Positions 1 through 12,000 of a stretch of 64,000 bases of DNA are shown in pieces (position 1 is the stretch's first letter; every line of letters begins with the position of its first letter). Made by a program: the position numbers and the translations under genes. The notes below the pieces were generated by a model. That model saw only the letters and a list, made by a program, of their open reading frames with translations. It was not told where the DNA came from and made no database searches. Source of the stretch: an uncultured bacterium (lineage in GTDB: Bacteria; Omnitrophota; Omnitrophia; Omnitrophales; Aquincolibacteriaceae); NCBI GenBank assembly GCA_964460795.1, contig CAYWRU010000002.1, positions 1,173-65,172 on the forward strand. The letters are read 5' to 3'.

Positions 1-3000
1 TAGGATGCGATGAATTCAATATTTCCAAAAGCTGCTGCAGCGTTCGAATATGGACTTGGTTTAACTTGACCCCCGCTTTCCCCAAAAAACGGAAATCTGT
101 TTTGCGATGCATGATTTCATGCCAAGCCTGAAGCGTAAGATCCTGTCTCCAAATACCTAACTTATAAAAACTTTCCAGTTTTAAACGGGCTTGCTGCAGA
201 AAATTATCAATATTCCGCCTGTCCTTTTTTCCTTCCTGCTGAGCTAACGCCGCTGCATTTTTCTTTATTTCTCCCTTCAGGCCGTAAAAACTCTTGGTAA
301 GTTTTGCCTGAAAATCGGTTAAAGGCGTCCAGGTTCGGCCGCGATCCGGGAAAAGGGCGTTCATAAATTCCTGTTTTTTTAGATAAGTCGGCATCGGCTT
401 TGTGCGAACCTCCGAGCGCCCCCGGGGAACAACTTTCTGCTGATCCTGCACTAAACGCACTTCTGAACGTGGGGCAGCGGGTGGTTCCGGAGCATGCATG
501 ACACTGTCAATGTCTGCGGCGCTGGCATTGGGGAAGGTCAACGTAGCCATCCTTGGAAATATTTTTTCTTCAGATAAATGCATCCGGCCCAATCCATTTG
601 CAAATTCAAGCGCGGCCTGATTAGGATCCCCAATTTCCAGCGTTTTGCGAATAAGTTTCGTCAATGGAACAGGATAAGAATGCCCGTTTCTTTGCAAAAT
701 AATGTCCAATCCTGTCACTGGAGGAAATTGAGAATAATGCGGACCAAAGAGAGTCAGAAGCCGCGGTTGATTTGCCTCTTGAAGTTTTTTCAAAAAAAGC
801 CCGAACCCATAGGCGAAATCGTCCGATGAAACCCCTGAAAACATAAACGCCTGGAAAAGCTGTTCAAAACTTCCATTTCCAAATCTAACTTCCACCACAA
901 GACCAATCCCCTCGTTAGGATGACGACTGAGCAAACGAAAAACGTCTTCCTCATCCGGCAGGGCATTAATCATAGGCCCGAACCGCACCTTGATTTGATT
1001 GGCAAAGGCAGAGGCTTGGCGAAAGGTCTCATAAAGTATATCCATAACCAGCGAATAAATTTCTCGCTGATGACCTTCCCCGGACAAACCCGGAATTGAG
1101 CGATGAAGCCTGAAGATTTCGGTGCGAAAATCCTGAATATTCCATTCAGCGGATACAAAGTTTTTCCGGGAAATTTTTCCGTCCAAAACGGTTATTCTCT
1201 GAATCAGATCTCTCAATTTTTCACGCACCTCATCCGCCGGATAGACTGGCAGGGATTGAGCAAGTGATTCATCCAAATAAAAAACAAAATTAGCAGAAGG
1301 CGCTTTCTCCGCCAAAACCTTGACAGCCTCCAGTGCTTGATCCTGAGGAACTCCCTGTAAACGTTTCAAAACAACCTTAACTTCTTCATCAAATATTTTT
1401 TCCGGCCTGTTTACATCTCTCTGCTTCGCTTGCTTCTCCCATTTTTGATAAAAGGGAAAGAGTGCTTCTATAAAGGCTTCCCGGCGCGCCTCCTCCCACG
1501 ATAAAGACAGGAAATGAGTTCTCATCCGTTTAACAAAATCCTCTTTCTGCGCCTTTGCGGCCGCCAGCTCAGGGCCTGCTTTTATAGAAATGTTGTTTCG
1601 GGATGCTGGATGCTGATACGGCGCATCCTGTTCTTCATCACCAAAAGGATAAGTGCCGTCGTCCCGCTCTTCAGATCCAGAAGTAATAAGCAGAGTTTCA
1701 TCCGGCGCGGCTTGCCAATGCCAGTCCGGTTGATCGTCCCTCGGAGTTTCATAACCAGGGGGCGGTGCCACGGAGGGAATTTTAGGAGGTGAAACTATAC
1801 TGGGCGTATCACCCTTTCGATGGATAGCGTTCATTGGATGAGCTACGGCCACCCCGGGTTCAGACGGTAAATCTCGATCAGCCCGTACATCCCAGCTTGC
1901 TTCGCGAATAAAAAGACGGTTGGGACCTTCAAATAAAACCCGGTATAGCTGCGGATTTTGGGGCGTGACGTGTTCGCCCATGGGAAAGGTCTGAAGCCAT
2001 GCCAGAACTTTTCGCTGATTTTCTAATTTTCGATAAAAATCTTCTCCCCAATTGGGCAGCCAATTGCTCACCAAAGTCCCATTTAAGTAAATATTCAACC
2101 GCGCTGGATCGGCCACAGGATCTAAGCCTCTCTTCCGAACTTCATGGATCGGCAGTCCTGTTTCTTCGGCTAATCGTTCCCGGAGTTCTGGCGATAGACT
2201 CTGAATCAAAGAAGGATCCGGTGGAAGCAATGAGGTCGGAATTCTGTACACATGATAATCCGAAGTCGATAAATGATGCGGCAATCCCCTTCGAAGCGGT
2301 GAGCGCACCCAAATTGCCCCTTCATTTCCAGAATCACTGGGTGTCACAGGAGCCGGGAAAATCTGAACGGTATACCAGGCCCCGGAAGCCACAATCCGCT
2401 CAATATCGCGGAGGGTGGCATAGTGAGAAAAATAAAATCCCTGATTTGCCATTTCTGATAATAAAAACGGAAGGCCGTCCCTTCCATCCCGAAGATGGGA
2501 CAAGACTTCGGGATGAACTTCAATCTGAATTTTCGGATTTTTTGAGATATTGACCATCGAGGAAGGCGCTGGAACGGAAATAATCGCCGGCGGCATGGCA
2601 GAAGTCACCGCGTCATTTTCTCTGCTCTTCATCACTTCTACCAGAATGGGGTGACGATGATCCAGAACGAGGTGAACTCCGAACGCATGGTCTTCTTTCA
2701 CAAGTGAAACTGAAAATGGAAGTGACTGCATCTGTTTTGACATAATTTTTTCCGGATCATTCCGATGAGTATTTAAGGCTTTTTGAATTGCTTTGCTATG
2801 AAGATGCGCGCGCTCAGGCAGTTCAAAAGTTATTTGATGATGAACGGAAATAAGGCTCTGAAGCCAGATTCTTGTCCCGAGCTTGGGGTCTAAGGGATCC
2901 AGAGGATATTCCACAAAAACCGCCTCGAGAGGTCCGGCATGCAGAGCCGTTTCCAACCATTGAATGTCTTCTGCCTTCATGGGAAAATCAGCCGCTTGTT

Positions 3001-6000
3001 TTTTAATCTCTTCCCATGCGCTTTCAGCCCAATATCCAGGCTCTAATGTCTTGATCTTGACTGAGATTCCCGGAACAGCAGTCTCCACGCTCAAGGTCGT
3101 AGGCGGAACAGTTGATTTCCATGGGAATATAAATCCCCCTTTCACACCCATAAGTCCCAAAACCGCTTGAAGCACCGCGTGATCAGTGTTCAAGGAGACA
3201 ACCGAACGCTGCGGAGCAAGATCCTGAGTGATGGTTTCAAGCGAATCATGGGCTCCCATCATGACAAGGATTTTTATTTTTATCTCGCTGGATAGATTAT
3301 TAAGATTTTTGACCAGCTGACTCCAATAAATAGGATGCGAGAGCGCATCTGCGATGGCGGTTTGAAAATCAGCGCCGGATCTCAGCCATTTTTCTTTTCG
3401 CGCTGAAGAAGAAAGCACCGGCATCGAAACTCCATGATAAGGAATGCGGGATAATGCGACCAAAATCTCCATCTGGGTTTCAGGGCTCAGAAAAGGATAC
3501 TGAGTTTGTAGATCCCAGACCGGATAATCGATGCGGCCGAAATCACGATAATCTGTTTCTCTTGTAGATTCATTAAATAAAGGCGCTTGGACAGGAAAGT
3601 GCAGCAAGGCGTCCGAAGATTCATGGCTAAATCCAAAATCAGCAGACACCGGCAAGGCGTCGTGCAAAAGAACCAGCCCAGGCTCTCCCGGGTTTTTATG
3701 TAATAAACTCTTCATTTCTATATCCGTTCCCTGAAGAGTCATCACCCCATATGGACGTCTCTGGGTATCCATTTTCTCAAGACATTTTTTTAAGACGGGG
3801 AAAAAATCGTGAACCGTGACAGCTCCCGAGACCAGCATGGCGGGGACAAGCCCCAATCCCCGCCCGGTTAAAAAGGCGGGCTTTAGCTTTCCATGAAGAT
3901 TTTCTTCCCAGGTTTTATACAGCGCAGTCTGATAGAGAAGTGCGGTCAGAAGATGAAAAACAGGCGGAGAAATTCCGTCTGCATTTTGAGTCGTCAGCGA
4001 TTCCATAGACACCTTGAGCGACTGAGCGGCCTCTTCATACAGTTTCCGGACGGATGAAAAATTCCGGACCATTTGCGCTGCCGAATCCCGGGCCTCCTGA
4101 GTCATTTCCGGCATCACTTCCGCAAAGATGATCCCCATTTCCTTGGTTTGAAGTCCTCTGAAAATCTCCTGCGTATTCCGCCTTTCCTTCCTTAGTTCGG
4201 ACCGCTTCGCAGACCCCTCTGGAGTTTTTTCTAAGTGATAAGCCGCCAGAAAATCTTTGATCTGCTGCAGTTTTATTTTTCCTAATGCCGGAATTCCAAG
4301 CAGGTCTTTATCCGAGGCATTTCGCAGTTGTTCGAGTGTTTTAATTCCAAGATTCTCTCTGAGCCCTTTTATCCATCGCGGCAGTCCTATACGATAGCTG
4401 TATCCCAAGAAACCAAAATCCGTTTCTCGGTTCAAAACTTCTGGCGTGGGGCCCTCGTTCCACAATCCTAGCTCATAAAAACTTTCAAGCTTAACTCGAG
4501 CTGATCTCAAAAAATTATTGCTGTCACGACGGTCAGATCGTCCTGATTCCTTGGCTATTTCCAGGTGAGATTTTTTGCTAGCCCCTTTTAGCCCGTAAAA
4601 ATCTCTTACGACGCGCTGTTCAATTTCCGTCAGCGGCGTCCACTCATCGCCATCATCCGGCAATACTTTCGCAACAAAATCAGAGTTTTTTAGATGCTCA
4701 GGAAGTACATGCTCTGCATCTGGTTTATGCCCTAAAACAATCCCCTGTTTAGAAGCCTCGGGATGTTTTTTAAAGTAGGCATGCAAACGACTCACGAGAA
4801 TCCCCATCACGCCGGCAGCCTGATTAAGACTTAATCCCGCCAAGTCTTGGGGGTGCCTTGCCAGAAGCGCTGCGATCTTTTTAGACCGCATTTCGCTGCG
4901 CGATTCAGAAAGAGGCCTTGGCATGAATTCATTTAATCGATATCGAAGCAAGGACTGCAATTCATAATCTTCAGGGCTGGGAAGCGTTACCTCAGTATAG
5001 GCAATAGATCCATGGCGAACGGCAATCGCTGCGGTTCCAATGGGCCGATCTTTTAAGCTCACCTTGTATCTCAAAATATCACCGGATCGATAAAGCTGCA
5101 CCATCCCCGGGGATCCATAGTAACCAAAAGCCATGTCACCATGATAATCAGTGTGATTCCACTGTAGATATTGCAGCGGTTGACTGGACGATTCAGGAAA
5201 ATAGGAATCAAAATTATGTAAGATTTTTTGCAAAGCATAACGGAAGGAATGTAAGGTTGCCGCCATCGTCATTCCGTGGTCTGCCGTAATTTGCTCCAAA
5301 GACTTGTTCGGCTCTCCGGCAGAAACACCAAAATGCTCATTGAGTATCAGCGTTTCAGCATTGGATAAAAGTTTCCATGCTTTGCCACGCTGCTTCTGTG
5401 CCTTTTGGGGGGCCCTGAATTGACGGATAAAATCCCGGCCATAAACTGGATTTTTAAATATTTTTTCCACCACCTCCTCCGCGTTTCGCATTTCAGAACG
5501 AGGAGGTGTCTTAGATACGGTTTGAGCCGATGACCATCGAATGCGTGTCGGCAAAGCAGCCGAGGAATCACGAAGAGGCCTCAAAATTCCGGTTCGAAAG
5601 CGCTGCGTCCGCGCTTTTTGATTTTTCTTTTGAAGTTCAACGATCTTTAAAACACGGACAAATTCATCACGCGTCATGATCTTAGAATCCACAGCCGCTA
5701 AGCGCATTTGATACATCATCCGATCGAAAATCTGCTCGGCTTCCTGAACGGTCATACCCCGCTCTTTCGCCCATAAAGGAATCAAGGCTTCGTTGGGATC
5801 CTCTTTCCATTTTTCAAAAAAGAAAGCCTCCTCCCCGCTGAGAGACCCTTTGAAACGCTGAATGAACCGCGCCATTGCCTGGACATCTAAGGAAGGAAAC
5901 CAATCTAATATAGAATTATCCACAAGCACTTCTAAGCGGTCTTCCTCACCCTCCACAGCAGATGCCAAAATCGGCAAAGCCACTTCGCGCCGAAGATGCC

Positions 6001-9000
6001 GCGTGGTCTTGCCCAAGTGTTTTTTAATCTTTGCCTGAGCCGCAGGTTTGGCTTGTTCAAAGAAACGAATACCGTTTTGAGGTTTAAATTGGGGAAGAAA
6101 TTCCTGATAGGCCAATTTGCCTTCAGAAGCTAGTTCTGCTTTGTCATCATCGCGGATGTTATAACGATCAATCACGACATCCAAAGCCCAAAGGTTCGAA
6201 GCCACAAGATGCGCACCCGCAGTTTCATCTTGAGTATTTGATAATAAATAAAGAGCGCCCAGCACTAAATCCCCCAACGGCTGGAGACGAGGCTTCTCGC
6301 CTTCCGCCACTTTTTCCTCCATCAGCTTGGGCTGTTTTTCAAGCCATTTGAGAAATGCGATCACGTTTTCGGTCTCGGGCCGTGATGCGAAATCCGGCTC
6401 ATTTAATATTTGAATAACGCTGAGAACCACGACATAGAGCATTTGGTGGATCGCCAAAGTCACATAGGGCGTTTCAACAATCGGATTCTCCCAATGAAGA
6501 CGCGCTGCAAGTTTCGAAGCGGTGTTTTTTGCGTAGGCGATGTTTTTCCACAAGGGCTCGTGTTTGGCCAAAACATCCTTAAACCGCCCTGAGGCATTTT
6601 GAATGGCGGTATCATTTTCCTGCTGAACTGTACTGGCCATTTCCAGAATACGGCCTTCGATCTGGTCCGGATCCTGAGTGGCCAATCTTAAAGCTGCACT
6701 CACAACAGCCTCTTCATCCAAAAGACCCGGCACTTCGACATATTGCTCGATTTCTTTTTGAAGTTCGGCAGCGCTCGCGACCGAATCATGGAGACGGCCG
6801 CGGAAGTAATCGAGAAGTTGTTCATAGCGTTTTTTTCCGTTAAGTAATCGATTCCATCGCTGTTCCTCCATCCGCAAAATCGACTCTCCCAAAGCCAGGA
6901 GATTCACTCGCGTGGCTTCAGACCGAGAAGCAACTTGAATTCCCTGGAGCTCCGCAGGCTTTTCCGAAGGAGGATTAAGCAGCAAAGGGGCGCGCCTGAC
7001 TTTTACGCCGGATTCAGATCCTGCTTTTTCTGAAGGAAGGAAAGAATCGCCGTTTGATTCCGGATTTCGATAGTCAAAAGACATCGGCTGCCTTTCAAAT
7101 ACCTGATAGGGAAGGCTCAATTCCTCGGCGATTTTTTTAAAATCAGGTTCCTGCTTCAAATAGGCATAGGCTTCGTAAAGCGCTTCTTCGATTTTTTGAA
7201 GATAGCGCTCGGCTTCTTCCTGCAGATATCCGGATTCGCCTTTAACAGAAATGCTGATCCCGAGAAAATCTAGATACTGCTGTTTTAGGCGCGAAAGTTC
7301 TCCCTCGCTTGCGGCATGGTGGTAGTCCTCGATGACAGAATCTGGATATCCCAGGAAAGTTCCCATAATCACCGGTTCCGATACGGGGTTTCGAACCATC
7401 CAATCAAACAAGGAACTGAAAAGCGCAATGGAATATTCTGAAAATCTTTCGAGGTCATTATTTTCGTAGGCTTCGCCCAGCCAGTCCAAGTGAGATTTAG
7501 CTTCAGGATCCACTGAACCCGTTAATAACAGCAGATCTTTTTTGCCCAAAACCTCGGCGCCAAGAAGATAGGGAGAAAAAATACAGGTGTTCGTAAAAAC
7601 TAATCCGATTCCTAAATCCTCAACGCGGTGCCACCTGGACAACTCTTCATAAAGCGGTGAAATCGAAGGATCTGAGGCATCAAAAACACTACCCTGAACA
7701 TACGCAGGCCGAAGACCAAGAAATACAGCCAGCACTGCAGGGGTCATCAGAATTTTTCGGGATTCAAACGACAGACGGCCATAAATTTGTTTCACAAGCC
7801 GGATCCTGTCCAAAATAATGTCCGCTTCATCGGACTCAAAAAGCGAGGCCGTATCGATCGGTTCCGCAGGCCGCAAAATATTATAGGAAGACAGCGGCGG
7901 AACTTGTCCTTTCATTTCCAAAGCCGCCAAGAAAAGCGGCTCCAGATCAACCCCTGTCAATCGAATGCGGTATTTTCTTTCCCAATGTTTTCGAATGGCT
8001 TCAATATCCAAATCATCCGGAAAACCTTTAGGAAAATACCGTGCTAATTTTTCTGCAAAAACAATTCCTGCCTTTGGATTTCCAAAAGCAAGATTAATCG
8101 GTTCTAGATTAAATTCAGCCCGAACTTCAGAGCGCTTTTTATCGCGCTCAATTTTGTCCCTCGCAAGCCGCACCATCCCTAAGTGTTTTAATCCAGTCAT
8201 GCCGGTTTGCATATGGAGCGCTGGCGGCTTCGGAGGCTCAGGTTTTTCATGCTGTTTTTTCCGGAGCGAGACTGCCGGAGTCTCCTGTCCCATAGCCGAT
8301 AACGCCTCTTTTGCCCGTACCCCCATGGTAGCATCACGATAATGGACGGCGGCCTGCCATCTTTTCTCAGCTGTTTGAATTAATTTTTGGATATATTGAG
8401 TTTTAGCATTTCGCCTTTGAACCGGAAGACTTTCTCTCCAATGTTGATAATAAGGAATTAAAAGAGTTCGTTCGGTTTCCGTCAGAGGCGCATCCGCTTG
8501 AGTGGCCCCATGTGCAGAAAGCCAGGAAGCGTATGTGGTTCGAACATTTCCTGCCCCTAAAACATACGAAATGGCCGCAAGGCTGGGGGTTTTTATTCCA
8601 AGCGCAGCAAGATGATCGCGTGCCTTAGCTTCTAAAATTCGGGACGCGTTTGAATCAAGCTTCATAAAAACCTCTGGCACAACAATTCCTTTTTGAGCTA
8701 ATGGAATGCCATATTGCAATGCTGTATTTTGAATGCTGTCAGTGCCAGCGACGTGAAGTTCTTTCGCAAAATCATTTAATGGAATCGGCATAATCTGATA
8801 AACGGGATTTCCCTGCCGAAGCCTTTGAAGCGCCTGATCGATCAGAACCTCAAATCTTTCTTTAGACTTAGGAAATTGGAGCCCCCAAACACCCAGCTCA
8901 CGAAGATTGATTTTGTAAGCTCTCGCCCACCGCCGAAGTCGAAACGACGTGATTCCCATTTTTTTGGCAATTTGATTTTCCCGAGGATGCTGGGTTTCCT

Positions 9001-12000
9001 TCTGAACTTCCTCGAGGGCCGATAGAAACCGCCCCAGAGACATAGGGGTCTCAGAAGACGCTCCGGTCGCTTCAGGAAAAAGCTTCTGAAGTTCTGCATC
9101 CGCAGCATCTGCATCAGTGGACGGCTGAGGGATTTTAAATTCCACGGCATGTCCTGCCAGAGCCTGCTGAATTTGAAGTTTGAGCGCTTCGAGATTGTGA
9201 TGATAAGCGTAATTTTTTAGAGCATTCCCAAGGGCCGTTCTTTGGAGGTCAGCGAACTTGGGAGCGAGGAACCATAAATCTGCTTTTTTATCGGCCGGGT
9301 TGATAGTTCCCCCCTTATCCGATTGATATATCAATCCTAACTCTTTCAAAAATCCCAGCTGTTTATTAAAGGTAGTCTGTGTCATTCCTTCCGTAAGGCT
9401 AAACATACTCGAGGCACGAACCGGATAATCCGTAAAATGGTTTTGCATGAATTCAAAAATCAGATAGGTATTTAAGTGTACCGTCGAAACATTCGAGACT
9501 CCGAATTCACTCAGCTTTTGAGAGAAATGAACAGGCTCTTTAGGAATGCTAAAAAGCGGCTGAGCATCATGAATCCGCTGAAATTGTTCTGCGAGAATTG
9601 CAACATTATCGCGCTCCGTGAATTCTCCGAGTAAAAATTCGACTTCATTAATGCGCTTTAAATCCTGTAAGTTTAATCTGTAGATTTTTGCATGATTTCG
9701 CAGCCCTTCAAGCTCGCGAATGAGTCTGCACTGAAGGAGTTGCTGTAAGGCTTTATGAAGTCCGCCCCTGCCGACATCACTGATCTTCGACATTAACTCA
9801 TAAAGCGTAAAGTCTGCGGTTGAAAAATATGAGATGATCGTATCAAAAGCCCTCAGAGCTGCTCTCGATTTGCGAAGTTCAGAACGAGCACGAAGCTGAT
9901 AGGTGCGAAAAGGAGAATCTGAATCCTGAAGATTCGGCCCCTGAAGACACTCAAAGCGTTCTGTGGCCAAAAGAAGCGGATGGATATTTTCAAAATTTTT
10001 ATAGACGATGAACCGCGCACCGGGCTTCATGGATTTTGCGAGCGTGTCAGCCAGCTGCTGTTCATCCCATGTGCCGAAGCCGTAATAATAAAGAACATCC
10101 GCTTTTGAAATAAGCCGGGAGGCTGCCGTACCATAAAAATCAACGGCATGCATCTGAATCTGGTTTCGGATCCGGGGAGTCTGAAAAACCAAGGCATCCA
10201 AAATCTCAAATCCGTCCCGGACAAACCCCTGCATTCCTTCGATGCCAATTAAATGCAGGTTGGGGTTTAAAAGCGCCAGCGCAAAAAGAAGATCTCCTTG
10301 CCCGCTTCCCAAATCAAGAAATGTGATGGGTTCATGGGATGCGAGATTCAACTCCTTCACAAGCCCCGGTAAATCCTTGGGATCACTGGATGCATAATAC
10401 CCAAATTCAGTTCTAGATTTCCTGAAAACAGCTCCGTTCCATCCGGGTACTTGTGCCATTTCGGTATAGATTTTGCCGTAAACTTCTTCGGCTTGCTCAG
10501 GTGAAATACGCCAGCGGGAGGCGGTCTGGGGAGGAACGGATTTTAAACCGGATTCGGAACGGGAAGTGTCCGCGGCATCATTTTTGGGTTGAGCTTTAAG
10601 CAACTGTTCGAGCATTTCATCGAGCGGCCTGGGACGCAAATCCAACCCAAGTTTAAATAAATCCTCCACCAAGCGGTTTCTTTCTTCCAAAATTAATTTT
10701 TCAGATGCGCTGGTAGGAATTCGGTCGATTACGGATTCAGTACCCACCTCTTCATGATGGGAGAAAACAAAGGCTGCATAAGTCACCAGTCTGTCTAAAA
10801 TTTCTTTGCTGTATTGAGAACTTCTGACATAAATTCTGATTTGAGCCCCTGGCTGTAACTCGGTAGCGTTCATCAAAAGTCCCAGGGGCGATACGATAAA
10901 CTCCTCTTCACCCATCCGGCCTTTTTTGATCAGTCGGTACCTCCATTCAAACTCATCTGGATCTGAAAGGTTCGCTAAATATTTTCCATAAATTTGTGTA
11001 GAAGCACGTTCGTGCATATGAAATTTCAGCGTGGCCGTGCTTTGGACCTCTAAAGGTTGGCTTCTTATTTCAGAACGGTTCAGCGATTCCTGAATCGCTT
11101 GAAGGCCGGCGGAATCCAGGGCTTGAGAGGCGGTAACAGAGGGAGCTATTGCACCCTCTTTGACAAGTCTTTGAAGAAAATAGTTTTTGCCGTAACCAAG
11201 ACCGATGACGTTTTTTGCGTCCGTCTTTTGGATCAAGGCCGGAAGCGCCTTCTCCAGATGAAGACTGTGCGTGATCGAACCGATTTCTTCTTCTATAATT
11301 TTCTCCGGACTGTCCAGAAGTTCTCCGGGCCGGAGGACGGAATAAAGCGGAATCTCCGGACGCTTCATGCGAGATTTTAAGGAAGTTAAAAATTCGCGGT
11401 ATCCTTTAAAGAGATCTTGGGTCTTTTCATTTACAAGGGAAGGATCATGACTTGTGATGTCATGCAGCACCAGCAGGAATTTGCCTCCCCGGGACTCCAC
11501 AACCTGTTGGAGACTTTCGCCTTTCCCCTTCGGAAAAGAAACGGCAAATCGTTTGTCGGAATATTGAACCGACAGGGCTGCATGATGCTCTTCCAAAAAC
11601 TTCTCGGCCTCGCCAAAGGAAATGTTGGAAACCACGGCCATTTGGCGCTCTCCGGAAAGACGTGCAACAGCTTCCAGAAACTGCGTGCCGCGATACACAA
11701 GCTCGGCCGCATCTTCCGGACTTAAGGCTCCGCTGGCATAGTAAGCCGCGGCCACTCCCCGGCTGGCCCCTAGAACCGCAGCTGGATGAGAGCCTTTCAT
11801 CAATTCTTTGAGCGCTTCCCAAAGCGCCATTTGATGCGCGGTAATCGCCAGATGACGTTTTAAAACCGGTTCTTCAGCAAGTGGATTCAAATTGAGGTTG
11901 TCACCCCGGCCACCGAGCCGGGGTCCAAAATCTGGATGCCGGATCGCCCCCGGATTCAATCCGGGGTTGTCCGGCATGACAAAAAGAGAATCATTCGATG

